DNA of 56,240 bases from an uncultured Candidatus Saccharibacteria bacterium (GCA_964567825.1 CAZMNX010000004.1:1-56240); one strand, 5' to 3'; positions 1 through 8,976 are shown, counted from the stretch's first letter. Numbers and translations: made by a program. Notes: generated by a model not told the origin, from the letters alone.

Positions 1-82
1 AAAGTTTTATTTACGTAAAGCAATTGCTAGTGGAAAAGTCGAAATTCCACAAGAGGTTTACGATTATATAAACAATAATTAA
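1..82 (+). CDS. 3' end of a CDS truncated by the window edge
   Basis: Open frame from nt 2 (KFYLRKAIASGKVEIPQEVYDYINNN*) ending 4 nt before the next ATG. Confidence 0.5.
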   Translation, partial: KFYLRKAIASGKVEIPQEVYDYINNN

Positions 83-86
83 TAAT

Positions 87-482
87 ATGTTTTGTGAAAA
101 ATGTGGTGAAAAATTAGATAGTAAAGATAAATTTTGTGTTGGTTGTGGTAATTCTGTAAACAAAGAGAAAGAATTAAAGAATCATACTCTAAATAAAGAA
201 AATAAGTGGTGGGTGCGTTTATTTAGAGTAATTTATATTTTGCTATATATACCATTACCCTTTACTCTATATGGAGTATGGACGTCAAATGATGTTTACA
301 CTTATTATGATTATTATTCTAAAAAGAATATTTCCTACGGTTCGTTTGCAGATGCTTTTTGGTACTCACTATTAACTTTTGTGATTTGGGTGATTGTCTT
401 ACGATTAATTAAAATTTCTGTAAAGTATATAGCAATTGGTCAAAAACCTGAATGGGAGAAGGAGCTTAAAAAAATATATTAA
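87..482 (+). CDS. Zinc-ribbon membrane protein
   Basis: N-terminal CEKCG...FCVGCG, two hydrophobic helices. Confidence 0.8.
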   Translation: MFCEKCGEKLDSKDKFCVGCGNSVNKEKELKNHTLNKENKWWVRLFRVIYILLYIPLPFTLYGVWTSNDVYTYYDYYSKKNISYGSFADAFWYSLLTFVIWVIVLRLIKISVKYIAIGQKPEWEKELKKIY

Positions 483-483
483 T

Positions 484-948
484 ATGATTATATTTGGATG
501 GGGACATCAAACAATTAAGCAAATAGGGGTAGTTTTCAAACAAATTTGTGAACACTGTCATAATGAAGACTATTGGGTTTTGACTAGAATTATGACCTGG
601 TTTACAATATTTTTTATTCCAATTTTCCCTTATTCTATTAAATATTTTCTTAGTTGTCCTGTATGCAAGTATGGCTTAACGCTGGATGACAAACAAATTA
701 ATGAGATAAAGCCTTTGGCCGAAATAAATCAATCCTTAGTTGATGGTGAAATTACACAGGAGGAATATCAATTAAGAATACAAAAATTGAATAGTGGTCC
801 CGTTGAATCAATACCGGCAGAAATAAAAGAGGTTGAAATATTAACTGTGAAAGAAGATAGCTTGGTTTATTGTAGTCATTGTGGAAAAAATATTGATAAA
901 GATATTAAATTTTGTGGTGGCTGTGGAACTAAGGTTAATTTGAAATAA
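484..948 (+). CDS. Double zinc-ribbon protein (zinc_ribbon_15-like N-terminus)
   Basis: MIIFGWG start, CEHC...WFTIFFIP...CPVC, C-terminal CSHCG...FCGGCG; start moved to ATG 484, right after upstream stop. Confidence 0.8.
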   Translation: MIIFGWGHQTIKQIGVVFKQICEHCHNEDYWVLTRIMTWFTIFFIPIFPYSIKYFLSCPVCKYGLTLDDKQINEIKPLAEINQSLVDGEITQEEYQLRIQKLNSGPVESIPAEIKEVEILTVKEDSLVYCSHCGKNIDKDIKFCGGCGTKVNLK

Positions 949-953
949 TTACT

Positions 954-2462
954 ATGTTTTGCACTAATTGTGGTAATAAAATAAAAGATAATGAAGATTT
1001 CTGCACAGAGTGTGGAATGAGTATTATAAATAAAAAAAATAACCACAAAAATACTGAGGCTGAAACTGTCTCAACACCCAAAAAAGAAAATGAAGAACAA
1101 ATAAAAGCAGGGGGTACTTTACTGAAAAAGATAAAATTAAGTAAGAGAGAATGGTTTATAATTGGTATTATGGGAATAATAGTAATAATATTATTTTTAA
1201 TATATGGTTTTGAACCAACAAAAAAAATAAGCGCTGACGTCAAATCAGTTGTAAATATATGGTGTGATAATGAAGGTGGAGGGTCTGGTACCTTATTTAC
1301 AAATGACGGATTAATACTTACTAATAACCACGTAATCGAAGGCTCGACATATTGTCTTATCACTATACCCAATCCAGAGACGGGAAAAACTGAAGAAATA
1401 TATAAGGCATTACCCACCATAACTCCCGTATTAAGTAAGAAATATGACGTGGCCACTTTGAAAATAAGTGATATCTTTATTGACGAAGAAGGAGAAGCTT
1501 GGGGAACCTTTCCATTAAATTTATCTCCATTTGTTCTTCCTAAAACATGTGACACAAACAAAGCCTCAAAACTTGGAGACTCTGTGCGGATATATGGGTA
1601 TCCAGTTACGAGCGGTGGTTTTAATCTCACTATTACAGATGGAATAATTAGTAGTTTTACAGATGAAGGAGAAATACTTACCTCTGCCCAGATTGATAGT
1701 GGTAATTCTGGGGGGTTAGCTATTGACCAAGACGGTTGTTGGCTTGGAATACCATCCGCAGTTGTCTCTGGTGATTATCAAAATTTAGGAGTAATAATAC
1801 CGGGGAGTGTAGTTGAGTATTTTATTGAAACTGCTCCAGCTAAGTTAAACCCCATTGCAGATAATATTGATTATACTAAAGAATCCATTTATTCTCCTGA
1901 GGAAGAAGATGATGACAGTGTCTGTCAACGAGGTTTTGGGAAATATAGTGAATGGAGTGGAGAATATAACGATGAAGGAAATCCAACATGTACATGTCAA
2001 ACTGGGTATTCCTGGGATGCCAGTGGTGATTATTGTGCTTTAGGCACTTCCCTTCTAAAAGAATGTAGAGATAAATATGGATATGGAAGTTATTCAACTA
2101 CTGAAAATGGTAAGGCAGTTTGTGACTGTTCATCTGGTTATGTGTGGAATTTAGCTCAGACAGCTTGTGTTGTTGAACAAGAACCAGTCCTATCAAATGA
2201 CCAAATTTGTGCAAATGATTACGTTAATTCTCATTGGAGTGAGACTAATGATGGTTGTGATTGCAATACTGGTTATTATTGGGATATTAATGAAAATGGT
2301 GATGGTGGTGGTTGTTATACAAAAGAGGCCCTTAATCAATCCTGTAATAAGAGTTTTTCGAATTCCAAATGGGATGGAACCTATAGTGAGACTGATGGAG
2401 TATTTATTTGTGGTTGTAAGTCAGGGTATGAATGGAATACAGCTAGAACAGCTTGTAATTAA
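954..2462 (+). CDS. Membrane-anchored trypsin-like serine protease with N-terminal zinc ribbon and C-terminal Cys-rich (EGF-like) repeats
   Basis: CTNCG..FCTECG; TM helix; triad motifs TNNHV, YDVA, GNSGG; repeats CxCxxGYxW. Confidence 0.85.
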   Translation: MFCTNCGNKIKDNEDFCTECGMSIINKKNNHKNTEAETVSTPKKENEEQIKAGGTLLKKIKLSKREWFIIGIMGIIVIILFLIYGFEPTKKISADVKSVVNIWCDNEGGGSGTLFTNDGLILTNNHVIEGSTYCLITIPNPETGKTEEIYKALPTITPVLSKKYDVATLKISDIFIDEEGEAWGTFPLNLSPFVLPKTCDTNKASKLGDSVRIYGYPVTSGGFNLTITDGIISSFTDEGEILTSAQIDSGNSGGLAIDQDGCWLGIPSAVVSGDYQNLGVIIPGSVVEYFIETAPAKLNPIADNIDYTKESIYSPEEEDDDSVCQRGFGKYSEWSGEYNDEGNPTCTCQTGYSWDASGDYCALGTSLLKECRDKYGYGSYSTTENGKAVCDCSSGYVWNLAQTACVVEQEPVLSNDQICANDYVNSHWSETNDGCDCNTGYYWDINENGDGGGCYTKEALNQSCNKSFSNSKWDGTYSETDGVFICGCKSGYEWNTARTACN

Positions 2463-2624
2463 TTTAATGATATGAATCTCAACGGGTTCAATTGATGTAT
2501 TAGATATAAAATTCACTACAAAAAGATGAAAGTAAAAGTGGTTTTGTCTTAGAAAAATAAAGGGTTTAAAATCTACTAAATTATGCTACACTATCAAAAT
2601 AGTGTCGTGTATTTATATAAACCT

Positions 2625-3329
2625 ATGGGAAATTTGACTTTGTTTGAACAAGAAATTTTAAAGGTGCTTGAAATGATAGAGTATCGTTGTGAAAGTACCG
2701 AAATACTAGACTCTGAGACAAAGTCTCTTGAGATTTTTTATACTGACAAGAATCGCCCACCCCTAGAGGAAGAACTCACTAAGATGGTTGTTATTGAAAA
2801 ATACCTTAAAAAAAATGGTATAAATTTTAAATTAACACATAATTTTATAGACGAACCAGAACGGTCAGATGGTTTTATAATGCTGGGAATAATTAAAGAT
2901 GAGAATATTAAAAATATTAAATCAAAAGTTTTAAAACTTATCTCCGAATTAAAAATAAAGGATAATAAGAAAAAACTAACACTTAACAAAGCCGGTAGTA
3001 ACCAAGAGATAAAACAACTCGAATTACTAGAAGATAAGACCACAAACAAGGGGGTTACTGTTTATATAAACGTTAAATACGATACACCTAGAAAATTTAG
3101 AAGAGGAAAAAACTGGGGGAAAATGTACGAACTCGCAATGGACCAGCGGGTACCATATAATAAAACTTTTTTTGATTATTTTAATTCGAATAATACAAAC
3201 CCTCTTTATACGAAAGAAGGGTTTAAAGTAACTAAAATCCTAAACAAGGAATATGATTATATTACTCCAAAAATAGAAATAAGAATTATCACACAAAAAG
3301 CTGTTACACAACGGCTTAAGTCTGCTTAA
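2625..3329 (+). CDS. Hypothetical protein, possible element-encoded DNA-binding regulator
   Basis: Long Lys-rich ORF; followed by phased GCTTAAG repeats and a terminator; function inferred only. Confidence 0.6.
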   Translation: MGNLTLFEQEILKVLEMIEYRCESTEILDSETKSLEIFYTDKNRPPLEEELTKMVVIEKYLKKNGINFKLTHNFIDEPERSDGFIMLGIIKDENIKNIKSKVLKLISELKIKDNKKKLTLNKAGSNQEIKQLELLEDKTTNKGVTVYINVKYDTPRKFRRGKNWGKMYELAMDQRVPYNKTFFDYFNSNNTNPLYTKEGFKVTKILNKEYDYITPKIEIRIITQKAVTQRLKSA

Positions 3330-3356
3330 GAAAACTTAAAATTGTGAATAACTTTT

Positions 3357-3385
3357 ATCCCCCTTTGAAAATAGGGGGATTTTTT
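3357..3385 (+). terminator. Intrinsic terminator
   Basis: ATCCCCCT-8 nt-AGGGGGAT followed by TTTTT. Confidence 0.8.
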
Positions 3386-3443
3386 ATTTAGCTTAAGAAA
3401 AATAAGCATTTTTTGAGTCATATAAAAAACATATGCTTAAACA

Positions 3444-3629
3444 ATGCAGATTGAAGATACAAAGGTCGGAGAATACCAAATCCTATACCAAAAAAAGTAT
3501 GGAAAAAGTATAGATAAAGCTCGTGCAAGAGACGAGCTTACTTCGCTCGTCTGCCTATTAGAAGCTGTTTATCAACACATTAATTCAATAAACTATGACT
3601 ATCAAAAAACAAATAAAACTAAATATTAA
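3444..3629 (+). CDS. Small hypothetical protein of the element
   Basis: 61-aa ORF first in the operon leading to the primase. Confidence 0.6.
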   Translation: MQIEDTKVGEYQILYQKKYGKSIDKARARDELTSLVCLLEAVYQHINSINYDYQKTNKTKY

Positions 3630-3930
3630 TTTTTCCCCAACGTTAGCCAGTGAAGGTTTAAAATCATTCATAGATAATACCGGTAATGTTCTTCGTACTG
3701 ATGATTTTTACCTTGCAGTGACACTTTTCCATACCGGAGCCAAGCTTTTATCAATTGAAAAAGATATCTCTGGTGTACAAATTTATACCTTTAAGAAAAT
3801 AATTAATATTGAAAGTGTAAGAGACGAATTATTCAGTGATTTATTTAAGGTTAGAGCTTTTTCTTTTCTGGAAAGTATAAAAGCTTTTGAAAAACTTATC
3901 AAGTCCGAACAAAATAACATAATAACATAA
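3595..3930 (+). CDS. Small hypothetical protein (DUF5659-like)
   Basis: TDDFYLAVTL motif resembles DUF5659 proteins that precede primases in mobile elements. Confidence 0.6.
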   Translation: MTIKKQIKLNINFSPTLASEGLKSFIDNTGNVLRTDDFYLAVTLFHTGAKLLSIEKDISGVQIYTFKKIINIESVRDELFSDLFKVRAFSFLESIKAFEKLIKSEQNNIIT

Positions 3931-3936
3931 AATTAT

Positions 3937-6042
3937 ATGACAGAAATAGAAAAATATTTAACAGAAAAAGGGATTACCTTTTATGGTGGGAATGAGGAGC
4001 TTATTACTAGATGTCTATTTTCAGACTGTGACGCTAATCACAAAGATAAAGACGGTCATCTATATTTTAGTAAAGAAACTTCGCAGTACCATTGTAAAAA
4101 ATGTGATGCCAGCGGTAATTTAAAATCTTTAAAGAAGTTTTTTGGTGATGATAAAGAAGTAAAAACATCAAAAAGCAAATTAAAATTAGAGGAAGTTGAA
4201 AGGTGTCAGAAAGCCTTAACACCAGTTATAACAGATTATTTACACGCCAGAGGGCTTACAGATGAGGTTATAAACTCACACAGGCTTGGCTATGGCTCCT
4301 ATTATGGTAATAGAATGTGGATAACAATACCCGTTAAGGATATAAACGGAAATTATAGCTTTCTAAAGCTTAGGGAGGACCCAGAACAAGGAAGTAAAAA
4401 AATGACGTGGCCAAGTGGTATAGAAGCACAGATATATGATTGGGATAGTTTATTGTTAGCTGAAAATCGTTTAGTAATTTGTGAGGGAGAAATGGATGCC
4501 TTATTATTAAAATCAAAAAATATTCCTTGTATCACAAATACTCATGGTGCAAAAACGGTTAAAGATGACTGGATGTTACACTTTAAAAAGGAAGTCGAAT
4601 ATTTTATCTGTTATGACAATGATAAAGCCGGAAAAGATGGGGCAGTAAAAATGGCAAATGCCTTGCTAAAGCATGGGTGTAATAAGATAAATATTATTAC
4701 CTTACCTGAAGTGGTCGGAGAAAAAGGTGATATTGGAGATTATATTATGAGGTTGAATTTACCAATTGATGACTTGTTTATAAAATATTCTATGCCTTTT
4801 CCAGAAAGAATTGATACATCAAAGTTCAAGGAAATTACCACCACAGAAGTAGCCCAGGTCTTAAATGCCACAATAAAAAAAGATGATGAGAATAAGATAG
4901 TCACCTTCCTATCTATGCTGACAACTTACACCGAAGACTCGCAGATGAATTTGTTCTTTAATGCCCCAAGCTCTACTGGTAAATCACATTTACCGTTATC
5001 AGTTGCTGAAATTTTTCCATTTGAAGATGTGATATCTCTCGCTTATTGCTCGCCGACTGCCTTCTTCCACGACCAAGGTCTTTATAATAAAGACAAAAAT
5101 GAAATTGTTGTAGACCTAGCAAGAAAGATAATCATTTTTACAGATATGCCGGACCAAGCATTAATATCAAGATTACGTCCACTTCTCTCTCATGACCAAA
5201 AGGAATCTAGGTTAAAGATAACTGATAAAGCACAAAGAGGTGGAAATAAGACTAAGAACGTGGTTCTACTTGGCTTCCCGAGTGTATATTTCTGTAGTGC
5301 GGAAATGAGGGTTGATGAACAAGAAAGCACAAGATTCTTAATGCTCAGTCCGTCTATTGAACACGAGAAGATATATCAGGGAGTAAAACAAGCTATACGC
5401 AAAGCCTCGGACAGTGAGAAATTTAACCAAGAGATAGATTCTGACCCCGAAAGGAATCTGCTTAAAAGTAGAATCCGTGCAATAAAACAAGAAAATATTT
5501 CTGATGTAAAAATTGAAGACATAGAATATATTGAAAAATTATTTTTAAAAGATGGAGAAGGGGTAAGGCCAAGACAACAGCGTGATATTAAAAAAGTCAT
5601 TTCAATTATCAAAGGATTAGCCCTATTAAATGTGTGGTTTAGAAAACGTGACGGTAATTATGTTTGGGCGTCAAAAGAGGACATAGATGTAGGCTTTGAT
5701 TTGTGGAATAAATTATCATACGGTCAAGATTATGGATTAGCTCCTTATTTGTTTGAGATATATTCAAAGATAATTATGTATCTTTGGAATCAGACGGACG
5801 AGACCTTTTCTGATTTTTCTAGTGTTACTAAGGATAAGAAAAAATACATAACCAGAAAAGAAATATTGAAGAGACATTTTGAGGTGTATAAAACCCCACT
5901 TGGAATGCAGAAACTAAGACAACAGATTCTTCCGCAGTTAGAGCAAGTTGGTCTTATTATGCAAGAAAGAGGTGGAGATGATATGAGGGAAATGGTTGTA
6001 ATTCCTCTTGAAACAGGAATGGAGGACGAGAATAAGATATAG
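3937..6042 (+). CDS. Primase-helicase (Zn finger + TOPRIM + P-loop NTPase)
   Basis: CLFSDC...HCKKC; ICEGEMD and CYDND TOPRIM motifs; Walker A APSSTGKS. Confidence 0.88.
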   Translation: MTEIEKYLTEKGITFYGGNEELITRCLFSDCDANHKDKDGHLYFSKETSQYHCKKCDASGNLKSLKKFFGDDKEVKTSKSKLKLEEVERCQKALTPVITDYLHARGLTDEVINSHRLGYGSYYGNRMWITIPVKDINGNYSFLKLREDPEQGSKKMTWPSGIEAQIYDWDSLLLAENRLVICEGEMDALLLKSKNIPCITNTHGAKTVKDDWMLHFKKEVEYFICYDNDKAGKDGAVKMANALLKHGCNKINIITLPEVVGEKGDIGDYIMRLNLPIDDLFIKYSMPFPERIDTSKFKEITTTEVAQVLNATIKKDDENKIVTFLSMLTTYTEDSQMNLFFNAPSSTGKSHLPLSVAEIFPFEDVISLAYCSPTAFFHDQGLYNKDKNEIVVDLARKIIIFTDMPDQALISRLRPLLSHDQKESRLKITDKAQRGGNKTKNVVLLGFPSVYFCSAEMRVDEQESTRFLMLSPSIEHEKIYQGVKQAIRKASDSEKFNQEIDSDPERNLLKSRIRAIKQENISDVKIEDIEYIEKLFLKDGEGVRPRQQRDIKKVISIIKGLALLNVWFRKRDGNYVWASKEDIDVGFDLWNKLSYGQDYGLAPYLFEIYSKIIMYLWNQTDETFSDFSSVTKDKKKYITRKEILKRHFEVYKTPLGMQKLRQQILPQLEQVGLIMQERGGDDMREMVVIPLETGMEDENKI

Positions 6043-6070
6043 TGTCAGACCCCCGGGGGTAAAAGATGAG

Positions 6071-6099
6071 TTCACTTTTAAAAGCAAAGATGATATAAT
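6071..6099 (+). promoter_or_regulatory. Sigma70 promoter of the recombinase
   Basis: TTCACT(6071-76)-17 nt-TATAAT(6094-99) with extended TG. Confidence 0.75.
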
Positions 6100-6105
6100 G
6101 TAGAA

Positions 6106-6222
6106 GCTAAACCACGAGATTAATAAAATCCTTATTTTTGTACCCAAAGATGAGGTAATAGTATCTTGTGGTTTAGCGATTACAGGATTTTAACTATTAC
6201 CTCTTCTTTGGAGGCAAAAATA
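6106..6222 (+). ncRNA. Structured 5' leader RNA of the recombinase (interleaved complementary segments covering the SD)
   Basis: 6106-20/6163-77 (15 bp, 1 GU), 6124-32/6184-92 (9 bp), 6144-62/6193-6211 (18/19), 6133-40/6215-22 (8 bp). Confidence 0.65.
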
Positions 6223-6223
6223 T

Positions 6224-7900
6224 ATGGAAAATAAAATTACATGGGCGATATATGTTCGTAAAAGTACAGAATCAAAAGATAGACAAATTCAGTCTATTGA
6301 TGACCAGATAAATTATCTAAAAAATACAGCGGAAAGAGAAGGCCTTAATGTTATCAAAATAATAAAAGAGGCAAAATCAGCAAAGAAAACGGGCCAACGT
6401 GAAGGATTTATTGAACTTTTAAATCTAATTGAGCAAGGAAAGATAAATGGTATTCTCACTTGGAAAATGGACCGGCTATCAAGAAACCCAATAGACAGTG
6501 CCTATATTCAAACATATCTTCAAGATGAGAAATTATTGTGTGTAAAGACTTCAGAAAAAGATTATCTACCAGAGGATAATGCAATTGTAGTTGGTGTTGA
6601 AAGTGGTTCAGCCAATCAATACATTCGTGATTTATCAAAAAATGTTAAGCGAGGTTTAATGTCAAAAGTTGAAAAAGGATGGTTTCCAAATATTCCTCCA
6701 GTCGGATATTTAAACTCTAAAACAAAGGAAAAAGGTAACGAGACGATAATTGTGGATGAAGAAAGGTTTAAAATTGTTAGAAAGATGTGGGACCTAATGC
6801 TCACTGGTACTTACTCTCCCCCACAAGTTCTTAGAATAGCCACAAGCGATTGGGGCTTGCGTACACCTATAAAGCGTAGGCAGGGTGGAAAACCCATCTC
6901 CCAAAGTGAAATATATAATATATTCAGTAATATTTTTTATACCGGATATTTTAATTACAGCGGTAAAACTTACCAAGGTAAGCACGTGCCCATGATAACA
7001 ATTGATGAGTACGACCGGGTACAAGTTATGCTTGGTAAAAAAGGCAAGCCTAAGATGCAAACTCACGTTTTTCCTTTTACTGGAATTATGAAGTGTGAGG
7101 AATGCGGGGCTAGTATCACCGCCTCTAGGAAGACTAAGCTTAATAAAACACTGGGAACAATTGAGACTTACACTTATTATCATTGCACCAAAAGGAGAAA
7201 ATATATTAAGTGTAATTCTAGACCAATCACTGTAGCTGAATTAGAAAAAAATATCACTGAAATTTTTCAAGATAATATGATTGACTCTGAATTTTATAAA
7301 CTAGGCTTGGAAACATTAAAAGGTATGCACAGTCTTGAGGTTGGTAAAAGACAACAAATATATGAAACCCAATTAAGAAATGTAGAGGAGACACAGAAAA
7401 AGCTAGACAGAGCATTAACATATCTCCTAGATGGAACAATTACTCAACCGCAGTATTCTTCACAAAAGAAAGAATTAGAAGAATCTTTGATAAAAGAAAA
7501 AGCTAAACTTAACGAGACTGAAGCTAGGGCAAAGAATTGGACGGAACTTACAGAAAATGTTTTACATTTTTCTTCTCTGGCAACGAAGGCCTTACAGAGC
7601 AATGACACAAAAATTCAAAGAGATATCTTTAACAGCATTGGTTGGAACCACAGGATAAACGCCAAAAAACTCTTTGTAGACCTACATTCTTGGTTCGTTG
7701 TACTTAAAAATGGTGAAAAAGAGCTTCTACCTAAAATTAAAGCGTTGGAACTGGGAAATATCCTTGACCCACAAAGAAAAAAGGAAGCTTTCGCCTCCAT
7801 TCTTCCGACTCTGTGCCGAGACCCAGGTTCGAACTGGGGACCCTTCCCTCTTCAGGGGAATGCTCTACCAACTGAGCTATCTCGGCATCGGTCTATTTAA
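6224..7900 (+). CDS. Large serine recombinase (resolvase + recombinase + Zn-ribbon)
   Basis: YVRKST catalytic Ser, DRLSRN, CEECG...YYHC; GGAGG SD at 6210; C-terminus encoded antisense to tRNA-Phe. Confidence 0.95.
   Translation: MENKITWAIYVRKSTESKDRQIQSIDDQINYLKNTAEREGLNVIKIIKEAKSAKKTGQREGFIELLNLIEQGKINGILTWKMDRLSRNPIDSAYIQTYLQDEKLLCVKTSEKDYLPEDNAIVVGVESGSANQYIRDLSKNVKRGLMSKVEKGWFPNIPPVGYLNSKTKEKGNETIIVDEERFKIVRKMWDLMLTGTYSPPQVLRIATSDWGLRTPIKRRQGGKPISQSEIYNIFSNIFYTGYFNYSGKTYQGKHVPMITIDEYDRVQVMLGKKGKPKMQTHVFPFTGIMKCEECGASITASRKTKLNKTLGTIETYTYYHCTKRRKYIKCNSRPITVAELEKNITEIFQDNMIDSEFYKLGLETLKGMHSLEVGKRQQIYETQLRNVEETQKKLDRALTYLLDGTITQPQYSSQKKELEESLIKEKAKLNETEARAKNWTELTENVLHFSSLATKALQSNDTKIQRDIFNSIGWNHRINAKKLFVDLHSWFVVLKNGEKELLPKIKALELGNILDPQRKKEAFASILPTLCRDPGSNWGPFPLQGNALPTELSRHRSI
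7814..7886 (-). tRNA. tRNA-Phe(GAA)
   Basis: GCCGAGA acceptor, TTCCC-CTGAAGA-GGGAA anticodon arm, GTTCGAAC T-loop. Confidence 0.95.
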
Positions 7901-7933
7901 TCATATTTGGGTAATTTTTTCCAGTATTTTATG

Positions 7934-8005
7934 TGCCCTCGGCAGGAATCGAACCTGCATCTAGGGTTTAGGAAACCCCCATCCTATCCATTGAACGACG
8001 AGAGC
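7934..8005 (-). tRNA. tRNA-Arg(CCT)
   Basis: GCTCTCG/CGAGGGC acceptor, GGGGT-TTCCTAA-ACCCT arm, GTTCGATTC. Confidence 0.95.
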
Positions 8006-8610
8006 TATAGTTTCGACTTCATTAAATCTATCACACTCATAATGATTTTGAAATACTTGGCACCTTTTTTGACCCTAACTCGACACATTCCGTGCTTCAG
8101 TTTTCCTGATTTTTTCCCGTGTAAAATATTCACGCCTCTAATTAAATTGACGGGGATACCGAGCGTTTTCGCCCAAAACGACTTAACTTTCAGGGGACTC
8201 AAATCTTCATAAATTCTTGCGGTAACTAATAAATCTTCAGTCTCAACACCAAGTTTTTTAAGGCAACTTACAAAGATTCTGATCAAATCTGGGTCGCTAT
8301 TTATAAGATTTAGATCGCCTTTACTTCCTTCGGCCCAGTACAAAGAAGCCAAAATTAAGATTTCTGACTGTGGCGATATTCTGCTAATAAGATTACCTGC
8401 CGTGATTTTTGATTTCTCCCAATCTTTTTCGGCCCTTCTAATACTACCAGTTTTTCTCAAATCAAAATCAACTTTAACATTCTTAATATAGCTGTAAATT
8501 GTCGTCTTGCCTCGTGGAACTAATTTACATATACCGTCTAGGCTTAGGCCACTTTTCCTTAATCTAACTATCTCGGCAACTTCCTCCTTGCTAGTTTTTG
8601 GCTTCCCCAT
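8005..8610 (-). CDS. HTH + LAGLIDADG-like endonuclease-family protein
   Basis: N-terminal HTH (IVRLRKSGLSLDGIC...GKTTIY), LASLYWAEGS LAGLIDADG-like helix, NSDP motif; TGTTATAAT 7 nt before ATG. Confidence 0.7.
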   Translation of the reverse strand: MGKPKTSKEEVAEIVRLRKSGLSLDGICKLVPRGKTTIYSYIKNVKVDFDLRKTGSIRRAEKDWEKSKITAGNLISRISPQSEILILASLYWAEGSKGDLNLINSDPDLIRIFVSCLKKLGVETEDLLVTARIYEDLSPLKVKSFWAKTLGIPVNLIRGVNILHGKKSGKLKHGMCRVRVKKGAKYFKIIMSVIDLMKSKL

Positions 8611-8673
8611 ACCGGCAATTATAACAAAACTACAATACCGTTCAAGGACAACAATCCAGTTCTAATCAAAAAA

Positions 8674-8913
8674 TTAGAGGCCAAGTAAACCAGCCACCTG
8701 CTCTTCATCAAAGCCAACCACGATATCTGTTCCAATTTGAATTACCGGCACGCCCATTTGATCGCTTTTCTCTACCATTTCTTTTCTTTTGGCCAAATCA
8801 GTGGCGACATTAAACTCTTCATACTTTACTCCTTTTTCCTTAAAAAAATCCTTCGCTAAATTACAAAAGTGGCAAGTAGGGGTTGAATAGATAGTGACTT
8901 TAGGTGTGGCCAT
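8674..8913 (-). CDS. Glutaredoxin / NrdH-redoxin
   Basis: YSTPTCHFC, GVPVI, VGFD. Confidence 0.92.
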   Translation of the reverse strand: MATPKVTIYSTPTCHFCNLAKDFFKEKGVKYEEFNVATDLAKRKEMVEKSDQMGVPVIQIGTDIVVGFDEEQVAGLLGL

Positions 8914-8976
8914 ATAATTTTTTAATTAAACTTTTATAAAGCTATTTTAGCATACTTTATTTAACCGACAAATCGG

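Larger units (their letters stand above)
1..7813. mobile_element. Right arm of an integrative element (serine recombinase + primase-helicase + cargo) inserted at the 3' end of tRNA-Phe; left end outside window
   Basis: All genes co-oriented and visibly more AT-rich than downstream genes; contains a TOPRIM/P-loop replication protein and a large serine recombinase whose ORF reads into tRNA-Phe. Confidence 0.85.

Noticed and set aside
935-1630. 231-aa - strand ORF
   Set aside because: Antisense to the protease domain; no motifs
7698-8212. 88- and 101-aa ORFs over tRNA-Phe/Arg
   Set aside because: Shadow frames of tRNAs and neighbouring genes
8639-8648. CGTTCAAGGA upstream of the 8005-8610 gene as a tRNA-Arg D-arm mimic
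   Set aside because: Only 7 nt exact, inverted, and explicable as the -35 (TTGAAC); too weak, though worth checking in homologues
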